32,000 nucleotides of DNA, from positions 90,001-122,000 of the forward strand of contig NC_010628.1 in NCBI RefSeq assembly GCF_000020025.1. The letters run 5' to 3'. Below the pieces are notes generated by a model. That model was not told the DNA's origin. It did no database searches and saw only the letters and a list, made by a program, of their open reading frames with translations. Position 1 is the first letter of the stretch. Each line of letters begins with the position of its first letter. The translations under genes and the position numbers were made by a program. This document shows, in pieces, positions 8,829-19,089 of this stretch. The stretch is from Nostoc punctiforme PCC 73102 (GTDB taxonomy: Bacteria; Cyanobacteriota; Cyanobacteriia; Cyanobacteriales; Nostocaceae).

Positions 8829-9007
8829 AGCACAACCTCTATATTAACTAGCTCACTATACAGTGATATTATAGACACATAAGTAATTCCAGTACGGCAT
8901 CAAAATTTTTCATTACATACTGCCGAAACTTCCAAAATTTTGGAAAATAATAAAGTAAGTCGAGTATCACAAGACTCACTTGAGGTCCTCATTTCTTCTA
9001 GGAAAAT

Positions 9008-12000
9008 ATGACTCATTCTTTCCTTGAACGCCTGCGTAGTCCAGATAGCCCAGTCCTCGTCTTCGACGGGGCGATGGGAACCAATTTACAAACCCAAAAC
9101 CTCACTGCTGAAGACTTCGGCGGCCCACAGTATGAAGGTTGTAACGAATACTTAGTCCATACTAAACCCGAAGCCGAAGCTGTCGCTAAGGTTCACCGAG
9201 ACTTTCTTGCTGCTGGTGCTGATGTCATTGAAACGGATACCTTTGGTAGTACGTCCCTTGTGCTGGCAGAATATGACTTGGCAGACCAAGCGTATTACCT
9301 CAGCAAGACAGCCGCAGAATTGGCGAAACGTGTGGCTGCGGAATTTTCCACACCAGAAAAACCCAGGTTTGTGGCAGGTTCTATCGGCCCCACAACTAAA
9401 CTCCCTACCTTGGGACATATTGACTTTGACACCATGAAAGCTACTTTTGCCGAACAAGCAGAGGCGCTGTGGGATGGTGGTGTTGATTTATTTCTGGTGG
9501 AAACTTGCCAAGACGTGCTGCAAATTAAAGCGGCGCTGAATGGAATTGAAGAAGTGTTTGCCAAAAAAGGCGATCGCCGTCCGTTGATGGTGTCTGTGAC
9601 AATGGAAAGCATGGGCACAATGTTGGTTGGTTCAGAAATCAGTGCTGTGCTGGCAATTTTGGAACCTTATCCAATTGATATTCTCGGTTTAAACTGCGCG
9701 ACTGGTCCAGACTTGATGAAACCACACATCAAGTATCTGTCAGAACATTCACCTTTCATCGTTTCCTGTATTCCCAACGCGGGTTTACCTGAAAACGTTG
9801 GCGGTCAAGCGCACTACCGCCTGACACCGTTGGAATTACGGATGTCGCTGATGCATTTTGTTGAAGATTTGGGTGTCCAAGTGATCGGGGGTTGCTGTGG
9901 GACGCGTCCAGAACACATTCAACAATTGGCAGAAGTAGCTAAAGACCTGAAGCCAAAAGTTAGACAACCAAGCTTAGAACCAGCAGCAGCATCAATTTAC
10001 ACCACTCAGCCCTACGATCAAGATAACTCCTTCTTGATAGTTGGCGAACGTCTCAACGCCAGTGGTTCCAAGAAGTGCCGCGATTTGCTAAATGCCGAAG
10101 ATTGGGATGGACTCGTTTCAATGGCGAGGGCGCAAGTCAAAGAAGGCGCACACATCCTTGATATCAACGTCGATTATGTGGGACGCGACGGCGTGCGAGA
10201 TATGCACGAATTAGTTTCGCGCATTGTTAATAATGTGACATTGCCCTTAATGCTTGACTCCACCGAATGGGAAAAGATGGAGGCGGGTTTAAAGGTTGCT
10301 GGTGGTAAGTGTTTGCTGAACTCCACCAACTATGAAGACGGGGAACCGCGCTTTTTGAAGGTGTTGGAGTTAGCGAAGAAATACGGTGCTGGTGTAATCA
10401 TTGGTACTATCGATGAAGATGGGATGGCACGGACAGCAGACAAAAAGTTTGCGATCGCGGGGCGTGCATACCGTCAAGCTGTAGAATACGGCATACCACC
10501 CACAGAAATATTCTTTGATACCCTAGCGTTACCCATTTCCACCGGGATTGAAGAAGACCGAGAAAACGGTAAAGCCACAATTGAATCCATCCGGCGCATT
10601 CGTCAAGAATTGCCTGGAAGTCATGTAATTTTGGGTGTTTCCAATATTTCCTTTGGTTTAACACCAGCCTCGCGGATGGTGTTGAACTCAGTGTTTTTAC
10701 ACGAAGCGACGACGGCGGGAATGGATGCAGCCATTGTCAGCGCTAACAAGATTTTACCGCTATCGAAGATTGACGCACGCCATCAAGAAATTTGTCGGCA
10801 GCTGATTTATGATGAGCGGAAGTTTGAGGGTGATGTTTGCGTTTACGATCCCTTGGGAGAGCTTACCACAGTGTTTGCCGGGGTAACGACAAAACGCGAT
10901 CGCTCCTTAGATGAAAGTCTCCCTATCCCAGAACGCCTGAAACGCCATATCATCGACGGCGAACGCATTGGCTTAGAAGAACATCTGAAAAAAGCCTTAG
11001 AAGAACATCCCCCCTTAGAAATTATCAACACCTTTTTGCTAGATGGCATGAAAGTTGTCGGGGAATTATTCGGTTCTGGACAAATGCAGTTACCCTTCGT
11101 TTTGCAATCTGCGGAAACCATGAAAGCGGCGGTGGCGTTTCTAGAACCGTTCATGGAAAAATCAGAATCAGGCAACAATGCTAAGGGAACCTTTATCATT
11201 GCCACTGTGAAAGGCGATGTCCACGACATTGGTAAAAACTTGGTGGATATCATCTTGTCCAACAATGGCTACAAGGTGATTAACCTGGGAATTAAGCAGC
11301 CGGTGGAAAACATCATCAAGGCTTACGAACAGCATAAAGCTGATTGTATAGCCATGAGTGGTTTGCTGGTAAAATCCACCGCCTTCATGAAAGAGAATTT
11401 GGAGGTATTCAACGAAAAGGGAATTAGTGTCCCCGTAATTTTAGGTGGTGCTGCATTGACTCCCAAGTTTGTCTATGAAGATTGCCAAAATACCTATAAA
11501 GGTAAAGTTGTTTATGGCAAAGATGCCTTTTCTGACTTGCACTTCATGGATAAATTAATGCCAGCAAAGGCTACAGGTAACTGGGAAGATTTGCAGGGAT
11601 TTTTGAATGAAGTGGAAACTGCTGAAGTTTCGACTAATGGTCACAAAGAACCAAAAACTAAGACTGCTGAAGAAACATCTGCTGAACCAAAAGTAGTAGA
11701 TACGAGACGTTCCGAAGCTGTAGCTGTGGATATTGAACGTCCAACACCGCCTTTCTGGGGAACGAAATTATTGCAGCCTAGTGATATTCCCATCGAGGAA
11801 ATATTCTGGCACTTAGATTTACAAGCTTTGGTTGCTGGACAGTGGCAATTCCGCAAACCAAAGGAACAATCCAAGGAAGAGTATCAAGCTTTCTTAGCGG
11901 AGAAAGTTTACCCAATTTTAGAAACTTGGAAACAGCGAATTATTGAAGAAAATCTGTTGCATCCCCAGGTAATTTATGGGTATTTCCCTTGTCAATCTGA

Positions 12001-12541
12001 GGGGAATTCTCTACATATATATGACTCAGAGAACCAATCACAGCAGATTACAACTTTTGAGTTTCCTAGACAAAAGTCATTAAGACGGTTGTGCATAGCA
12101 GATTTCTTTGCACCAAAGGAATCGGGAATTATTGATGTCTTCCCGATGCAGGCGGTGACTGTAGGAGAGATTGCAACAGAGTTTGCTCAAAAGCTATTTG
12201 CTGATAACCAATACACTGATTATCTGTATTTTCACGGTATGGCGGTACAGGTTGCAGAGGCTGTAGCTGAGTGGACACACGCCAGAATTCGCCGAGAGTT
12301 AGGTTTTACTGCTGAAGAACCCGACAATATCCGGGACATCTTAGCACAACGCTATCGTGGCTCACGGTATAGTTTTGGTTATCCAGCTTGCCCGAATATC
12401 CAAGACCAATACAAGCAACTGGAATTATTGCAGACTGACAGAATTAAATTGTATATGGATGAAAGTGAACAACTTTATCCAGAACAATCGACCACTGCAA
12501 TTATTACTTACCACCCAGTAGCAAAATACTTTAGCGCTTAA
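9008..12541 (+). CDS. metH: cobalamin-dependent methionine synthase
   Basis: 1177-aa ORF with the full MetH architecture. It has an N-terminal Hcy-binding region (GGCCGT), a pterin-binding region, the B12-binding motif GDVHDIGKN (DxHxxG) and a C-terminal AdoMet activation domain. Confidence 0.95.
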   Translation: MTHSFLERLRSPDSPVLVFDGAMGTNLQTQNLTAEDFGGPQYEGCNEYLVHTKPEAEAVAKVHRDFLAAGADVIETDTFGSTSLVLAEYDLADQAYYLSKTAAELAKRVAAEFSTPEKPRFVAGSIGPTTKLPTLGHIDFDTMKATFAEQAEALWDGGVDLFLVETCQDVLQIKAALNGIEEVFAKKGDRRPLMVSVTMESMGTMLVGSEISAVLAILEPYPIDILGLNCATGPDLMKPHIKYLSEHSPFIVSCIPNAGLPENVGGQAHYRLTPLELRMSLMHFVEDLGVQVIGGCCGTRPEHIQQLAEVAKDLKPKVRQPSLEPAAASIYTTQPYDQDNSFLIVGERLNASGSKKCRDLLNAEDWDGLVSMARAQVKEGAHILDINVDYVGRDGVRDMHELVSRIVNNVTLPLMLDSTEWEKMEAGLKVAGGKCLLNSTNYEDGEPRFLKVLELAKKYGAGVIIGTIDEDGMARTADKKFAIAGRAYRQAVEYGIPPTEIFFDTLALPISTGIEEDRENGKATIESIRRIRQELPGSHVILGVSNISFGLTPASRMVLNSVFLHEATTAGMDAAIVSANKILPLSKIDARHQEICRQLIYDERKFEGDVCVYDPLGELTTVFAGVTTKRDRSLDESLPIPERLKRHIIDGERIGLEEHLKKALEEHPPLEIINTFLLDGMKVVGELFGSGQMQLPFVLQSAETMKAAVAFLEPFMEKSESGNNAKGTFIIATVKGDVHDIGKNLVDIILSNNGYKVINLGIKQPVENIIKAYEQHKADCIAMSGLLVKSTAFMKENLEVFNEKGISVPVILGGAALTPKFVYEDCQNTYKGKVVYGKDAFSDLHFMDKLMPAKATGNWEDLQGFLNEVETAEVSTNGHKEPKTKTAEETSAEPKVVDTRRSEAVAVDIERPTPPFWGTKLLQPSDIPIEEIFWHLDLQALVAGQWQFRKPKEQSKEEYQAFLAEKVYPILETWKQRIIEENLLHPQVIYGYFPCQSEGNSLHIYDSENQSQQITTFEFPRQKSLRRLCIADFFAPKESGIIDVFPMQAVTVGEIATEFAQKLFADNQYTDYLYFHGMAVQVAEAVAEWTHARIRRELGFTAEEPDNIRDILAQRYRGSRYSFGYPACPNIQDQYKQLELLQTDRIKLYMDESEQLYPEQSTTAIITYHPVAKYFSA

Positions 12542-12552
12542 TCTATATCCCC

Positions 12553-12744
12553 TCTCCTTTATAAGGCTGCGGTGTACACACAAGTGTTTTAAAGTTGTCC
12601 CACAAGCTTTTTATCGTCCCAGCCCCCCAATTTATTGGGGGAAAAAACCTCTCAAAGTCCTCCTTAAAAAGGAGGATTTAGGAGGATATACAACATTTTG
12701 GTTTTCTAAGAGAGATGTGTGTACACCGTAGCCTTTATAAAGAG
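12553..12744. mobile_element. MITE-like non-autonomous element (~190 bp) with ~28-bp terminal inverted repeats
   Basis: The left end is ctcctttataaggctgcggtgtacacaca (12553-12582). The right end is tgtgtgtacaccgtagcctttataaagag (12716-12744), a near-perfect reverse complement. The interior has two hairpins (ccccccaatttattggggg; tcctccttaaaaaggagga) and no ORF. A solo partial end (tacggtgtacaca) lies at 12903-12915. Confidence 0.65.
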
Positions 12745-13414
12745 ACTGGACTGAAATTGGAAATCAATAAATTTGTAATATTTTCAATATATTGAAGCAA
12801 AAATAACTCAATTTTATAACAAAAATAGTCAAATATAAAAAAGCGACTATTACGCAAAAATACAAGAAAAGCTAAGAAACTTATTTCTACCTATTAAGAA
12901 GTTACGGTGTACACATAAATATCTCTTGGCGTAATTTACAGTTTACCGAATATATCAAGAAAATCTTACCCTGGTTATACCACGCAAAATCTGTCCCTCT
13001 CATTATTAAAGAGTGGATTAAAGCCAGGGTAGGATGAGGTTTCGACAGTATTGCACCGAAGAGATAATCGCTATATGTAATTATTTTACACCCAAGTGAT
13101 ATCTTTCGTTTAACAGTTGGGTATTATAAGTTTACTCTGTTAACACCATCTTCATAAATTTGCCTTTAAATAAAATATATTTCCGCAAATTTACTGTGAA
13201 GTTATGCTCTTACTGTTTCTCAGACTTGGACTAAATAATTTTCAAAAAATCAGTATTTACCGGATAAAATGAACAATTCATAAATGATATAACTTTAACA
13301 AATTGTCTTTTGTTGTACCTACTTTATTTGAAAGTTAGTAAAACAAGATGCAGTAGTTAAATAAATATAGCTTCAACTGATGCCTATAAAAATACATTAC
13401 AGGCATAGTTCGAG

Positions 13415-13523
13415 ATGTTTTAGGACTTACGCAAACAATAGCCGAAACCCTATATTCAGGTAAGGGCAATTCATGAATTGCCCCTACAGCGTATAGTTTT
13501 GTGTAAGTCCTATGTCTAAAACA
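13415..13523. repeat. nested palindromic repeat element in the hpsA leader
   Basis: A perfect 20-bp palindrome gggcaattcatgaattgccc (13464-13483) is flanked by imperfect inverted arms: ttttaggacttacgcaaac (13418-13436) and gttttgtgtaagtccta (13496-13512). Its antisense translation gives the AIHELPLP string typical of repeat-derived pseudo-ORFs in cyanobacterial genomes. Confidence 0.7.
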
Positions 13524-13559
13524 ATAAAAAAATAACAACCACTTGACAGGGAAGCAGCT

Positions 13560-16500
13560 ATGCCTCGAAAACGTCAGCTAGTCAAGGCAATTCAAAAAAC
13601 CTTCAAACAAATTAGCAAGCAGTTTTTATCTGCAATTAACAAGCAAATTATTTGGCTATTAAGGGCTTTTTTCGGCAATCGTAGAAGACACAGTTCGGCG
13701 AATGCTGGCTTTGTGTTACCAACAGTGGCGATGGTAATTTTGGTAGTCGTACTGTTAACAACTGCAATTTTATTTCGGTCTTTTGAACGCTCTAAAAACG
13801 CCAGCAATGTCCGGGTGAATGAAGCTGTACTCAACGCTGCTAACCCCGCGATTGACCGTGCTAGAGCAAAAATAGATGCACTACTACAAGACCCAACACT
13901 ACCACGAGGAACTCCTTCTGATAGCGCTTTATATGATGTTCTGAAAAAAGATAAGTATAGGCTTGGTGATGAGACTCGCCTGAAGCTAGCTTTTGATATT
14001 GACGGTAATAACAGCATTGATACTAGTAGCGCTTTAGAGAATGATGAAACATTAAAAAGTGCTTGGAAATTTGCCGTTGATACAGATAATAATGGCAAAA
14101 AGGACACTTTTACTCTCTATGGAATCTACTTTCGTACACCACCTAGAAACAGTTCAGGGGAGTTTAGTCGTGAAAGAAAAACTCTAGAAGCTAGAACCCC
14201 ACCAATGGATGGTAGCTCAAATCAGAACTGCGGTAGTGCAAGTGGTTTTTCTAGCTTAGTGGGTAACTCAAGTTGGTATAAGTTAAACAGTGGCAATTTG
14301 GGTAAAAGCTTCTTTGTCTATAGTGTTAATGTACCAATCACTCAAATAGGCGGCTTAGATGCTACACAATACGAAACCTATAAAGGAAATAAAAGCGTTG
14401 TAGCACTAGAATTTCAGCAAGACCGCACTCGTATTCCCCTTTCAAATAATGCTGTTTGGTTTGAAAACGATCTGGAAGTGATAGTAGGTAGTACAACCTT
14501 ATTGCTGAATGGAAGAATTCATACAAATGCCAACTTACTAGTAGGGGTGATTAACAGTGGCGGTAATATAACTTTACGGCAAGTTAGCAGCAAAACATCT
14601 TGTTTCTACAATGAAGAAAATGGACAGATTAGTGTTGGAGGAAATGTCGGAAATGGTAGTCTTGCTCAAAATAATACTGGTACAAGTGTAAACGTTGACC
14701 TTTTTCAAGGTTTTGGTAATAACACTAACACAGATTATATTAACAACACCAATAAATCTACAAGCAGTACTGGTGGTGCAGAAATTGGATTTAATGATGC
14801 TGCATTCAATAAGCGTATTGCTGCGATGAAGACTACTGCGATCGCTTTATGCACAACGTGTAATGCCGCAGCTACAACTACTGGTAGTGCTCTCAAAGCT
14901 GCTGTTAACGCTAGTGGTTATCCAAGTGATGTGAAAACTAACGTCACAGCCAAAGTACTAGATACTGATGATATCACCACAGCAAAAAATATCCTTTATG
15001 ACGAAATAGAAGTTTATCTGCGAAATCGTACCCGTCGAGTACCCTTTGCAGAAGTAGCAGATGCTACAGGAGGGGATCAAACAGTTGGATATACCGCTAT
15101 TACTGCCAGCTTAGATCCTCAACAAACCTGGAGAGAGCCAGTAAATGCTAGTAATCAGCTTACTGGTGCAACAAGTATCACTTTAACTACTTCTCAGCTA
15201 GAGGAGACATATCCAGATTTACAAAAGAAAGAAGGCGTTCAGACTAAATTAGGCGATCGCGTTCTTGTAGGTAACAACTTACCTGCTTTATGGCAACAAG
15301 GCACTCAATATGTTGGCACAGAAGCTAACCAGTTAATTAGTAGTGGTGGTACTGTTGTTAATTGGACTAGACCAACTGGTTCAGATGCTCAACAAAGATG
15401 GCGTAATACTCAAATACAAGCTGTTACAGACCTGGGTTTATCAGACCGAAATGGTTTTTGGGAAGAAAATGCCACAGTAAATCCTGTAAACGATTTAGAT
15501 AGTGTGGGCGGTGTGCGGATTGTTACTGGTGCAGGTATTTATGTAGATGGTTCTGGTAGTGTTCCAAATACAATAACTGGCCCGTTTTACCCACGAGGTT
15601 CTAGTGCCCTTGGTTCATTCTTAACAGCTCCTTCAACTGATACTACAATTGTCTGGCCTGACACAATGCCGATGTCAACACCAGGAAATGGTCGCTCAGG
15701 CGATCTCAAAATGCGAGCGACGGCTGTTTATCACTACAAAGTAGACTATGGCACTGACCAAGAACCGATCGCTTGTGTGAGCAGCTACTACGATCCCTCG
15801 ACCGCAGATACAGCTAAAAACAAAGTTAATCAAGATGGTGGATATGGTGTAGATACTACCAACGGTCGCTCAAACAATGGCGTTGTTTACAACTTTCCTG
15901 GAAGAACCTCTTTTACAATTAACAAAACTCGTCTACAACTACAAGCCAACTTAAAATTCCCTAATGGGCGTTGGGTTAATCAACCTTTAAAAGATGCTCT
16001 CACAAAAATTGGAACTGCTACCACAGTACCTAGTACTGGTTTGCAGCTAGCTGATTATTCAGCAATTGATACAGCACTTTGTGCTATTTCCATTTTTAGT
16101 AGTCCAACTAGTTTTGTTACTCCTACTAACCAACCTGCTCATGGTGCAATCAGAGAAGCATCTTTTCTAGATGCCAGAGAAGCCAAGCAGATTAGTCCCT
16201 CAAACACATCAAGCACATACGACTTAGATTTAGAACAGCGCCAACCCCTAGAGGTTCGGGTAACTGACATTGATTTAGGTTCACTAGCGACCACAGCAAT
16301 AACGGCAAATGAGTATTTATTGCCTTATAGCGGCATTATTTACGCCTCTAGAGATGATGCCTTGCGCGATGCGAGTGAGCCATACACTGAAGGTAATGTA
16401 AGTAGCACATCTAACTCAGAGTTACTCAGCCCGACTGATTTTAAACTTGACCCCACACGCCGGCCAAACGGCATTCGCCTGATTAATGGGGGAACTTTAG

Positions 16501-18260
16501 CAAGAACTAGTACCAATGCTTACAATGCCAAAGAGAAAGGTTTGATTTTAGTAACAAATTTACCCGTATATATCAAGGGTAACTTCAATTTGCACCGCAC
16601 AAGTACAAGTAGCACTACGGAAATTGAGGAATTTACAGTTTCAGCAAGTACCGACTTCTATGGTCGCAGTACTCGCGAAGATAGATTTGCGTGTCGTCAA
16701 GGAAGAACAGGTTGTCCTACTACTGGAGGTGACTTTTGGAGACCAGCAACAATCATTGCCGATTCCATGACCTTACTATCTGGGTCATTTATAGATGGTG
16801 TGCGTAGCCAAGGCGATTACGATCTGAACAATAACACTGGTATTGCAGTTGAAGGTAACTTAAACACTACTAACTTTCCCTCCATACCTACTTTAGATGC
16901 AAGAAGACGAGACCGCCTGAAAAATGGCTTTTGGGAAAATGACTTTCTTACCAGTACCAATTGGCAATCCACCGCTAGCGGTCAGATAAATTATCCCAAC
17001 CTGAGTTTAGGCTCTTATGCACTAAATGGGGTAACACCGATTCAAAGAAGAATTAATAACTCCACGGCTACAAACAACCCTGGAGAGTACTTAATGGAAG
17101 TATGTACCAAGCTCTCGGTTTCTGATTGTGGCCCAGATGACTGGTATGTCGATCCATCAACCAGCCTGAAAGCATCTGCGGCAGTAGGTCAAACCTTCAG
17201 TATCACTACACACAAGGCTGGTACAACTGCTGTATTTGCCACTTCAGAATATGCACGCTATCCTCGTCGGGTCGCCTTTAAACGTAATGCTTCTAACCAA
17301 TTGGAGGAGCAAGGAAGTAGTAATAAATATGTACCCTTGGGTATAGATGATTCTGGAATAATCCAAGAGTTTGCTTATAGTTCAGGAGGTTTACCAAGAG
17401 CAAAGCAAAATGCTCTCTGGTTTAGAACATCAACAGATGCATCTATAGCAAATTTAGGAAAAGTAAGTTACGACTTTAACAACAGACTGTACTATTACCT
17501 TCCTATTGATGCTGACGGCGATGGTAGTGCCGATTCAACTGGTCAGCCGCTCTTAGTCCCAGTTTTGCAGATTCATGACGCAAGCAGTACCACTGGCATC
17601 AGGGGTGACGGAACAGCACAAAATGAGTTTAGAGATAACTGGATACAACAACCTAGTGATAACATCACTGTATATAATGCAACCTTTGTATTAGGAAATA
17701 GCCCCAGTAGAGCGGCTGAAACCTCAGCAGGTTTCCAAAACTTTGTACGATTTTTGGAAAACTGGAATCTTAAAACAGCCAAAATTAGTGGCAGTTTTAT
17801 TCAATTGAAGCGAAGTAGCTTCTCTACAGGCCCAATTTCACCTATTTTCGCTGCCAAATCAACAACTGGTGCAACTAATACCGCCAATGACACTACCGCT
17901 AATCTGAGCCTTTTTGACTATGCACTAGACACTTATCCAACTCCGAACGGCTCAGGTCTGTTACCTTTCTACAACGCACCAACAAACAGAAGTTGGGGGT
18001 TTGATGTTGGTCTGTTGTCAGAGCAACCAGATTTGTTTGCCCAAAGATTTACCTTAACTCCATCAGGTCGCCCGAATGAGTACTTTAGAGAAGTTGGTCG
18101 AGATGATACCTGGGTGAAAACATTACTCTGTGCTGGTGAAGCTAGTAACCAAACAGGTATACCAGCATCAGGAGTGACAGTAACTTACGCAAATGCAGTT
18201 CCCAATGAATATCGCCCAACAAGTAGTTGTCCTTCATCCATACCAGATGACTCGGTTTAA
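13560..18260 (+). CDS. hpsA: giant secreted/anchored protein of the hormogonium polysaccharide secretion locus (HpsA-like)
   Basis: 1566-aa ORF with GGGAAG about 8 nt upstream of the ATG. It has a basic N-terminus, then the anchor G-FVLPTVAMVILVVVLLTTAILF (pilin-like but lacking Glu5). The remainder is N/T/S/G-rich and I cannot name a domain in it. It sits directly upstream (21-nt gap) of three pseudopilin genes. The symbol is assigned by remembered synteny with N. punctiforme hpsA-K. Confidence 0.75.
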   Translation: MPRKRQLVKAIQKTFKQISKQFLSAINKQIIWLLRAFFGNRRRHSSANAGFVLPTVAMVILVVVLLTTAILFRSFERSKNASNVRVNEAVLNAANPAIDRARAKIDALLQDPTLPRGTPSDSALYDVLKKDKYRLGDETRLKLAFDIDGNNSIDTSSALENDETLKSAWKFAVDTDNNGKKDTFTLYGIYFRTPPRNSSGEFSRERKTLEARTPPMDGSSNQNCGSASGFSSLVGNSSWYKLNSGNLGKSFFVYSVNVPITQIGGLDATQYETYKGNKSVVALEFQQDRTRIPLSNNAVWFENDLEVIVGSTTLLLNGRIHTNANLLVGVINSGGNITLRQVSSKTSCFYNEENGQISVGGNVGNGSLAQNNTGTSVNVDLFQGFGNNTNTDYINNTNKSTSSTGGAEIGFNDAAFNKRIAAMKTTAIALCTTCNAAATTTGSALKAAVNASGYPSDVKTNVTAKVLDTDDITTAKNILYDEIEVYLRNRTRRVPFAEVADATGGDQTVGYTAITASLDPQQTWREPVNASNQLTGATSITLTTSQLEETYPDLQKKEGVQTKLGDRVLVGNNLPALWQQGTQYVGTEANQLISSGGTVVNWTRPTGSDAQQRWRNTQIQAVTDLGLSDRNGFWEENATVNPVNDLDSVGGVRIVTGAGIYVDGSGSVPNTITGPFYPRGSSALGSFLTAPSTDTTIVWPDTMPMSTPGNGRSGDLKMRATAVYHYKVDYGTDQEPIACVSSYYDPSTADTAKNKVNQDGGYGVDTTNGRSNNGVVYNFPGRTSFTINKTRLQLQANLKFPNGRWVNQPLKDALTKIGTATTVPSTGLQLADYSAIDTALCAISIFSSPTSFVTPTNQPAHGAIREASFLDAREAKQISPSNTSSTYDLDLEQRQPLEVRVTDIDLGSLATTAITANEYLLPYSGIIYASRDDALRDASEPYTEGNVSSTSNSELLSPTDFKLDPTRRPNGIRLINGGTLARTSTNAYNAKEKGLILVTNLPVYIKGNFNLHRTSTSSTTEIEEFTVSASTDFYGRSTREDRFACRQGRTGCPTTGGDFWRPATIIADSMTLLSGSFIDGVRSQGDYDLNNNTGIAVEGNLNTTNFPSIPTLDARRRDRLKNGFWENDFLTSTNWQSTASGQINYPNLSLGSYALNGVTPIQRRINNSTATNNPGEYLMEVCTKLSVSDCGPDDWYVDPSTSLKASAAVGQTFSITTHKAGTTAVFATSEYARYPRRVAFKRNASNQLEEQGSSNKYVPLGIDDSGIIQEFAYSSGGLPRAKQNALWFRTSTDASIANLGKVSYDFNNRLYYYLPIDADGDGSADSTGQPLLVPVLQIHDASSTTGIRGDGTAQNEFRDNWIQQPSDNITVYNATFVLGNSPSRAAETSAGFQNFVRFLENWNLKTAKISGSFIQLKRSSFSTGPISPIFAAKSTTGATNTANDTTANLSLFDYALDTYPTPNGSGLLPFYNAPTNRSWGFDVGLLSEQPDLFAQRFTLTPSGRPNEYFREVGRDDTWVKTLLCAGEASNQTGIPASGVTVTYANAVPNEYRPTSSCPSSIPDDSV

Positions 18261-18281
18261 TTAAATATTAGGTAAATTGCC

Positions 18282-18962
18282 ATGATGATAGGGAAACAAG
18301 CTAAAAACAAAAGGTTACAGACAGCTAGATCCTACCTACGAGCCAGCGAAGGGGGTTTCACAATTATTGAATCTTTGGTAGCGATACTTGTAGTTAGCAT
18401 TTTGCTAGTTGCGATCGCACCAGTTCTTTCCCTGTCAGTGGCAACTCGCGTACAATCCCGACGGATAGAATTAGCCACACAAGCTGCCAAATCATATATT
18501 GATGCGGTCAAAACTAAGAAAATCGCGGCCCCAACCTCTACGGGTACTGATACCCTAACTGCATACGCCGCTCCCACAGCTACGGGAACTTTAACTTGTG
18601 CAGCAAACTCTTACTGCACCGTTCCAACGGGGACATCTTTGTACTGCGTTGATTTTGATAGTAGTGGTGCCTGTGAAAACACCAGTGTTACAGACATGAT
18701 TGTAGAGGGTTTTCGCTACAACTTAGCTAGTACCAGCGCTATTAGTGGATATGCTTTAGGTGTGCGGGTTTACAGAGCAGATGCTTTCAAAGATAGTACT
18801 ACTCTACTCAAGAACACTTCTACAACTAAGACAACACAAGCTACTTTCACCGGAGGTATAGGTCAGCGAACAACACCTTTAGTGGAAATGACAACAGATA
18901 TCAACGACACTGTGCCTAAATATAGCGACCTTTGTGCCCGCTACACAGGTGGTTGCAATTAA
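18282..18962 (+). CDS. hpsB: pseudopilin (prepilin-type N-terminal cleavage/methylation domain), HpsB-like
   Basis: The N-terminus is ...RASEGG|FTIIESLVAILVVSILLVAIAPV with Glu at +5. A C-terminal Cys pair (CARYTGGC) resembles a pilin D-region. T/S-rich tracts are present. Confidence 0.8.
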   Translation: MMIGKQAKNKRLQTARSYLRASEGGFTIIESLVAILVVSILLVAIAPVLSLSVATRVQSRRIELATQAAKSYIDAVKTKKIAAPTSTGTDTLTAYAAPTATGTLTCAANSYCTVPTGTSLYCVDFDSSGACENTSVTDMIVEGFRYNLASTSAISGYALGVRVYRADAFKDSTTLLKNTSTTKTTQATFTGGIGQRTTPLVEMTTDINDTVPKYSDLCARYTGGCN

Positions 18963-18970
18963 ATGTTGGT

Positions 18971-19058
18971 TAGACTTCTTGCAAAATTCTGAATCTTACA
19001 CTCTTTTTATCCGTCTTTGTGTGAGGCAAATAAATATTTATGCAAGAAGTCTATTTTT
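18971..19058 (+). terminator. long stem-loop followed by T5 between hpsB and hpsC
   Basis: tagacttcttgca (18971-18983) is perfectly complementary to tgcaagaagtcta (19041-19053), and the latter is followed by ttttt (19054-19058). The 57-nt interior is AT-rich, and the stem can extend a few more pairs with a bulge. Confidence 0.45.
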
Positions 19059-19089
19059 AAATATCTCTCAATAAAAGGGAAACCGCAGC

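Noticed and set aside
8829-9007. Possible cobalamin riboswitch upstream of metH
   Set aside because: The region is only ~180 nt and very AT-rich, and I could not find a B12-box-like G/C-rich core. Cobalamin riboswitches usually control metE or B12 transport rather than the B12-dependent metH.
13119-13127. GGGTATTAT as a possible SigJ-type 'J-box' promoter element for hpsA
   Set aside because: From memory the J-box consensus is roughly GGGaAtacT, and this site matches only about 6 of 9 positions. It lies ~430 nt from the ATG, and I cannot verify the consensus here. The evidence is too weak to call.
13335-13538. 67-aa minus-strand ORF (…AVGAIHELPLPEY…) upstream of hpsA
   Set aside because: It is simply the translation of the palindromic repeat element (gggcaattcatgaattgccc and its arms). 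The AIHELPL-type peptide is a known by-product of such repeats, not a gene.
13592-14107. 171-aa antisense ORF at the 5' end of hpsA. Similar shadow ORFs sit inside metH (9152-9618, 10843-11265), inside the transposase (24970-25305) and elsewhere.
   Set aside because: All are embedded opposite long ORFs that have clear family motifs or operon context. None has its own recognisable motif, so they are treated as frame shadows.
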